From Trypethelium eluteriae (Eukaryota), in NCBI GenBank assembly GCA_051942245.1, contig JAVECL010000178.1, positions 1 to 39,540 of the forward strand: DNA of 39,540 bases. The letters run 5' to 3'. How positions within the stretch are numbered: the first letter of the stretch is position 1; the number at the start of each line of letters is the position of its first letter. The translations under genes were made by a program, and so were the position numbers. Below are positions 35,501 through 39,540 of the stretch, in pieces. The notes beneath the pieces are model-generated. The model searched no databases. It had not been told where the DNA came from and saw only the letters and a program-made list of their open reading frames with translations.

Positions 35501-37680
35501 AGGGTCCTATGTAATACTGTATTTGCACCTAAAGAATGTAATTTCCCTTATTTCCTAATTAATATTTGGGTTATAATTTTATAATTATAATAATCTAAAT
35601 ATAATATTATACCTAATTAAATTTATAATATTAAGTTGGATTTCCTTAGTGTGCCCTTGCATAATTATGGAAATAAGTTCTATTTTAGTATTTATTTATC
35701 CTTATCCTGCAAGTTATAGTCCAGTAACTTTATATAAACTGTATAACTTTTCCTTTTCCCTAGTGTTAAGTTTAATCCTTTTAATAATTATTGCTGCTAT
35801 TATATTTACTAATACACTATTATTAATTATTGCTTTAACCTGTTGGTTCTTAATCTTAACCTTAATCTTAAATAATCCTATTATTACTTTATTAGGGGAT
35901 GTTATATTATAACTTATTTATAACCCCTTTATAAGAAGTTGTTAATTTTTCCCTCTTCTTCCCTTATCTTTTTGGCGGTTTTATAACACTCTTACTATTC
36001 CGGTTTTATACTTTTATAATCCAGGCAATGTTTATAGCAATTTAAGTTATTATATTAATATTTTGTATAATAATCCGCTTGCTTTTGGCAGTATTTAACA
36101 CACACAGTATTAACACATCTCAGCCAGTCTATTATTTTACATATAAATAGCTTGTAGGGTGGTTTTAGACATAATCCTTATTAGGCTTAGCTCCTTCCCT
36201 AAGCTATATTACTGCCCGGTCTGTAATATGGGCATGTTTCCTTTTTTCTACAGAATTTTTTGTTAAGTAAACTATAATTACTTTCCTATTTTTAATAAAA
36301 TTTACAGTTCCTTATTCCACACGCTATAAAGTGCTGGAGCTGGTGTTATAATTTCTTTTTACTTTATTCCTTTGCCTATTAATATTTTACACACGCATTA
36401 TCTTAATATTCCTTCTATCTAATTATTTAATTATAGTTGGGATGTTATAAGAGTTTATAAACTTCTTTCTAATATCAGAAATTTTTTTGCTTTTAATCCC
36501 ACATAATTAGTAAAAGTTTAGGTTTTACACTTATATACGCCTTATAAACTTTACATTCTTATAATAAACATTATTTTAAAAGTTAATAGTTTAAGTAATC
36601 CTTTATTTTAGACACCAAATGTATGTAATATTTGTGTCTCTCTTAAGTCGCTTCTCTCCTTTAGATTGCATACGTGGGTGCTTATAAGTCCTTTTAGCTG
36701 TTTGCAGGGTTAGTAACTTCTTCTTATAAAGTACTTTCTTCCTCTGCATTGGATTTGTTATTAATTATCTAATACTGGAAAACATCTAAGTTCCTAATAT
36801 TGTTATTACTTATTAATTTATTAATAATAATTTTATCTTCTCCTAAATAGACTTAGGTTGCCATATTAAATTCTTTTTTATAATCCACCTTATTCTTAAA
36901 TTGGCAGTTTTTTGTTATATGCCCTGGTTTTTTATAGGCATAACATTTCCTCTTTATTTAGGCACTTCTTTCCTTTTTACTTTGCATAAGGTTGGAGTAC
37001 TAAACTCCTTTTATTAGTTTATTATTATTATAATATTAAGTAATTCCTCCCATTCTCCCTGCTGGAATGTATAAGGCTGATTGCCTTTTTATACGCTTTG
37101 CGTAAAGTTTATTATCCAGTTTAATTAAAGTGTTAATAAGTTCTTGCAACATATTAATAAAGCTGCTGTAGCACATCAGCTTATCCTTAACATTATCCTT
37201 AAGTCCTCTCTAATACATAGGTTATAACACTTTATTATTCTATTCTAGTTTATTAGAATACTTTTAGAACTTAGCTGTGTAATCCGCTATTAAAGTTTTT
37301 TGTACCAGATTCTAAACTGCTTACTCTATTATTTTAACTTTATTAAAGATCCCAAAAATTTGTCTAAGCTCTTTTTTAAATTAAGGGAATCTTGCGAAAA
37401 GACTATTAGGGTCCTCTAAGTTATTAAGATATAAAGTTAATTTAGGTTTTATTTAGTATTGGGCCTATCCTCTTAAGTATAATAAGGCTACTAAAGTCTG
37501 TTAACTGTTTAGAATTCTTTTAAATAAAAAGTAGAGTTGGATTTAGTACAGCTATTCTTCCAACTTGCTTTTTTCCCTAAAGTACTTGTCAGGTTGTCCC
37601 ACTTTGCCTTCCTTTAATAGGGCTTTGGTGCGGGACTCCAGCCGCGGAGTGGATTCTAATTAACTCATTCTTAAGGGCAT
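32540..37680 (-). pseudogene. gag-pol of element C, full of TAA/TAG stops
   Basis: ATG at 37680 reads MP..ESTPRLESRTKAL.KEGKVGQPDKYF..KSKLEE; downstream domain relics as listed for the element. 3' end approximate. Confidence 0.9.
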
Positions 37681-37687
37681 TTTATTA
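37677..37687 (-). promoter_or_regulatory. Primer-binding site, putatively self-priming (Tf1-type)
   Basis: Minus-strand TAATAAAATGC abuts the 5' LTR and is complementary to an 11-nt LTR segment (31649-31659; 37885-37895). Confidence 0.7.
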
Positions 37688-38182
37688 TATTATAAGCTTA
37701 TACCCCTTAGTATAAGCACAGCTTGTAGCAGGTACATAAAAGGGTCTTAGGGGTTTTTTACGTAGGAGCGGAGTGTCAAGGATCTAATAATGTAAGAAGG
37801 GTTACTAAGCTTTGAACAACTTAGTAATAAATAAGGATTTATTTAATTTAACTTATAACTAACTGTAGGTACAGTTTGGTATAATAATAAAACGCGAGGA
37901 AGTTAGTTAAGCTGGTTCCCTCCTACATATATATACTTGTAATCTTCTTGATCACAGCTGTTATCCTTCTAATCAGATCTCTACTAATCTCGGGTTAATC
38001 ATTACTAATCAGTGTGATAACCTGTGATCTATGGGTGATCACCCTAGATCGCTCTATCCTAATCTGTGGCTTATCACCACTAATCAGTTACGTGACCTTT
38101 ACTTGTTACGACCTGTCTGTGGAACGCTTGCAGCAAGTACAAAGGAGATGGCGTTCAGCCTTGACGCGGCTGGGTCGTAACA
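37688..38182 (-). repeat. 5' LTR of element C
   Basis: Ends GGTCGTAACA followed by TSD; TATATATA at ~37927-37935. Confidence 0.95.
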
Positions 38183-39540
38183 GTCTCCTTGTGGTACATT
38201 ATTAATAACTTGGTTTTAATCCCTAAGTTTGCCATAAGTGTTTAAAAGAATTTGGCTGTAAACCTTTTATCTCAGTCTAATATTATTAAGATAGGTAATC
38301 TAAAATATAATATCACTCTTTTAAAGAGTATTTATGCTGTTTTTTCTGTCCCATATTTTTTATTAAATAAAATTAGTATTATATACTTTATTAGTCTATA
38401 TACTGTTACATAGATTGCTGTGTAAACTTCTCTGATTATTAGGTGCTTTAACGCAGGTAAGTCTGTAATAAAGTCTATTATAATCTGCTCCCAAGGCCTT
38501 ATTAGTGCTTAAATTAGTTGGATAGTGCCCTTTTTTTTTGGGGTACTGTGCTTATTTCTTCTGCAGTAATTATATTTTGCTACATAATTTTAGACTTTCT
38601 GCTTTATATTATTAAAAATGCAGTTTTAAGATATATTCTTAAGTATTTATGTAACTCCAGAATATCCATATTGCGGTTTGTTATAATATCTTTAAATGTA
38701 ATAATTAATTTTATTATTTAAAATTTGTAATTTTTAAGTAATAATAAGGAATTATTTATTCTTATCTTCTAAGATATTAAGAATTAATCCAAACTTTTGG
38801 GAAATGCTTTTAAAAGTGCTATTATTCTTTTCTTTAAATATTGCTTAATACACTTTTTTATTTCCTTAATAGTCCTCTTATTAACTTAAAGCATCTGCTT
38901 TTTTATTTTTTTTTCTTAGTGCGTAATATATAATAAACTTATATTATTTAAAAAGTTTTACCCATCTAACTTGTCTTTAATTTAACTGTTTTATTATTAT
39001 AAATATTAACAGATTTTTATAATTAGTATAAATATTTAGTTTAGGTGTTCCTTTTATATACGCTCTTTAGTGCTCCATTGCTGCTATTATTATTAGCAAT
39101 TCCTTATTATGGATGTTGTAATTTAGTTTAATAGGAGTTATTTTTCTTAAGTAATATTCTATTAGTCTTTACTTCTTATTTACCTATTATAATAAGTAAG
39201 TACTTATTGCAAAATTTAAAGCATTTATTTTAAGCTTTAGTAATAACTTTAGGTTGCAGATTATGAATTTTAGGTCTTTTATAATCTCTTTTTTAATAAC
39301 TTTAAAGGCTTTTTTTTATGGCTATTTTTATTTAAATAATTACTCACCCTTTATAAGGTCTGTAAGTAATTTTGCTTTCTTAGAGTATTTAGGAATAAAC
39401 TATTAATTAAAGTTTATAAATCCTAAAAAACTTTAAACCCCCTTAATATTTATTAGCTTTAGCTATATTAAAATTAATTATACCTTCTTTAATTTTATTT
39501 AAATCTAATCTTTTTTTATTACATACCCTAAGAATATAAC
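38183..39540 (-). mobile_element. Element B continued (integrase, RNase H, RT), running off the window
   Basis: Resumes where 31451 stops; collinear with 33263-34620. Confidence 0.9.

Larger units (their letters stand above)
31452..38182 (-). mobile_element. Complete 6731-bp Ty3/gypsy chromovirus (element C), RIP-inactivated
   Basis: Two 495-bp LTRs (31452-31946, 37688-38182) and 5-bp TSD GTCTC (31447-31451, 38183-38187). Minus-strand relics in gypsy order: gag, CCHC knuckle ~36900-36950, protease ~35820, RT YL(D>N)(D>N)ILIYS ~34750, RNase H NY(D>N)IH(D>N)KELLAI ~34190, integrase, chromodomain ~32600-32700. Confidence 0.96.

Noticed and set aside
29356..38721. Repeated hydrophobic short ORFs (29356, 33605, 38518; 31778, 38014; 35649)
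   Set aside because: Antisense or LTR by-products of RIP-mutated repeat copies.

Overview
Genomic DNA of a filamentous ascomycete (GT-AG introns with CTRAY branch sites; RIP-like AT-rich repeats). 1-4.2 kb: divergent housekeeping pair ATG4 / SQS1-like. 5-25.4 kb: accessory genes, namely a secreted metallo-beta-lactamase-fold protein, a fungal SLATT 2TM protein, two convergent Cys-rich single-pass membrane proteins, a HeLo-like/ankyrin protein, a hAT-like MITE, and a compact three-gene cluster. The cluster is DUF6594 membrane protein + a 122-aa three-exon gene missed by the ORF track + a caspase-fold protease, a candidate cell-death/defence module. From ~26.3 kb to the end: a RIP-degraded, four-level nest of Ty3/gypsy chromoviruses, including one complete 6.7-kb element with TSD. 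The most striking observation is that three nested elements share integrase/chromodomain and the R-U5 part of the LTR, but each carries a different cassette of antisense Zn(II)2Cys6-spaced ORF + PPT + U3. All gene models and de-RIP reconstructions were read by eye; family names are motif recognition, not database hits.
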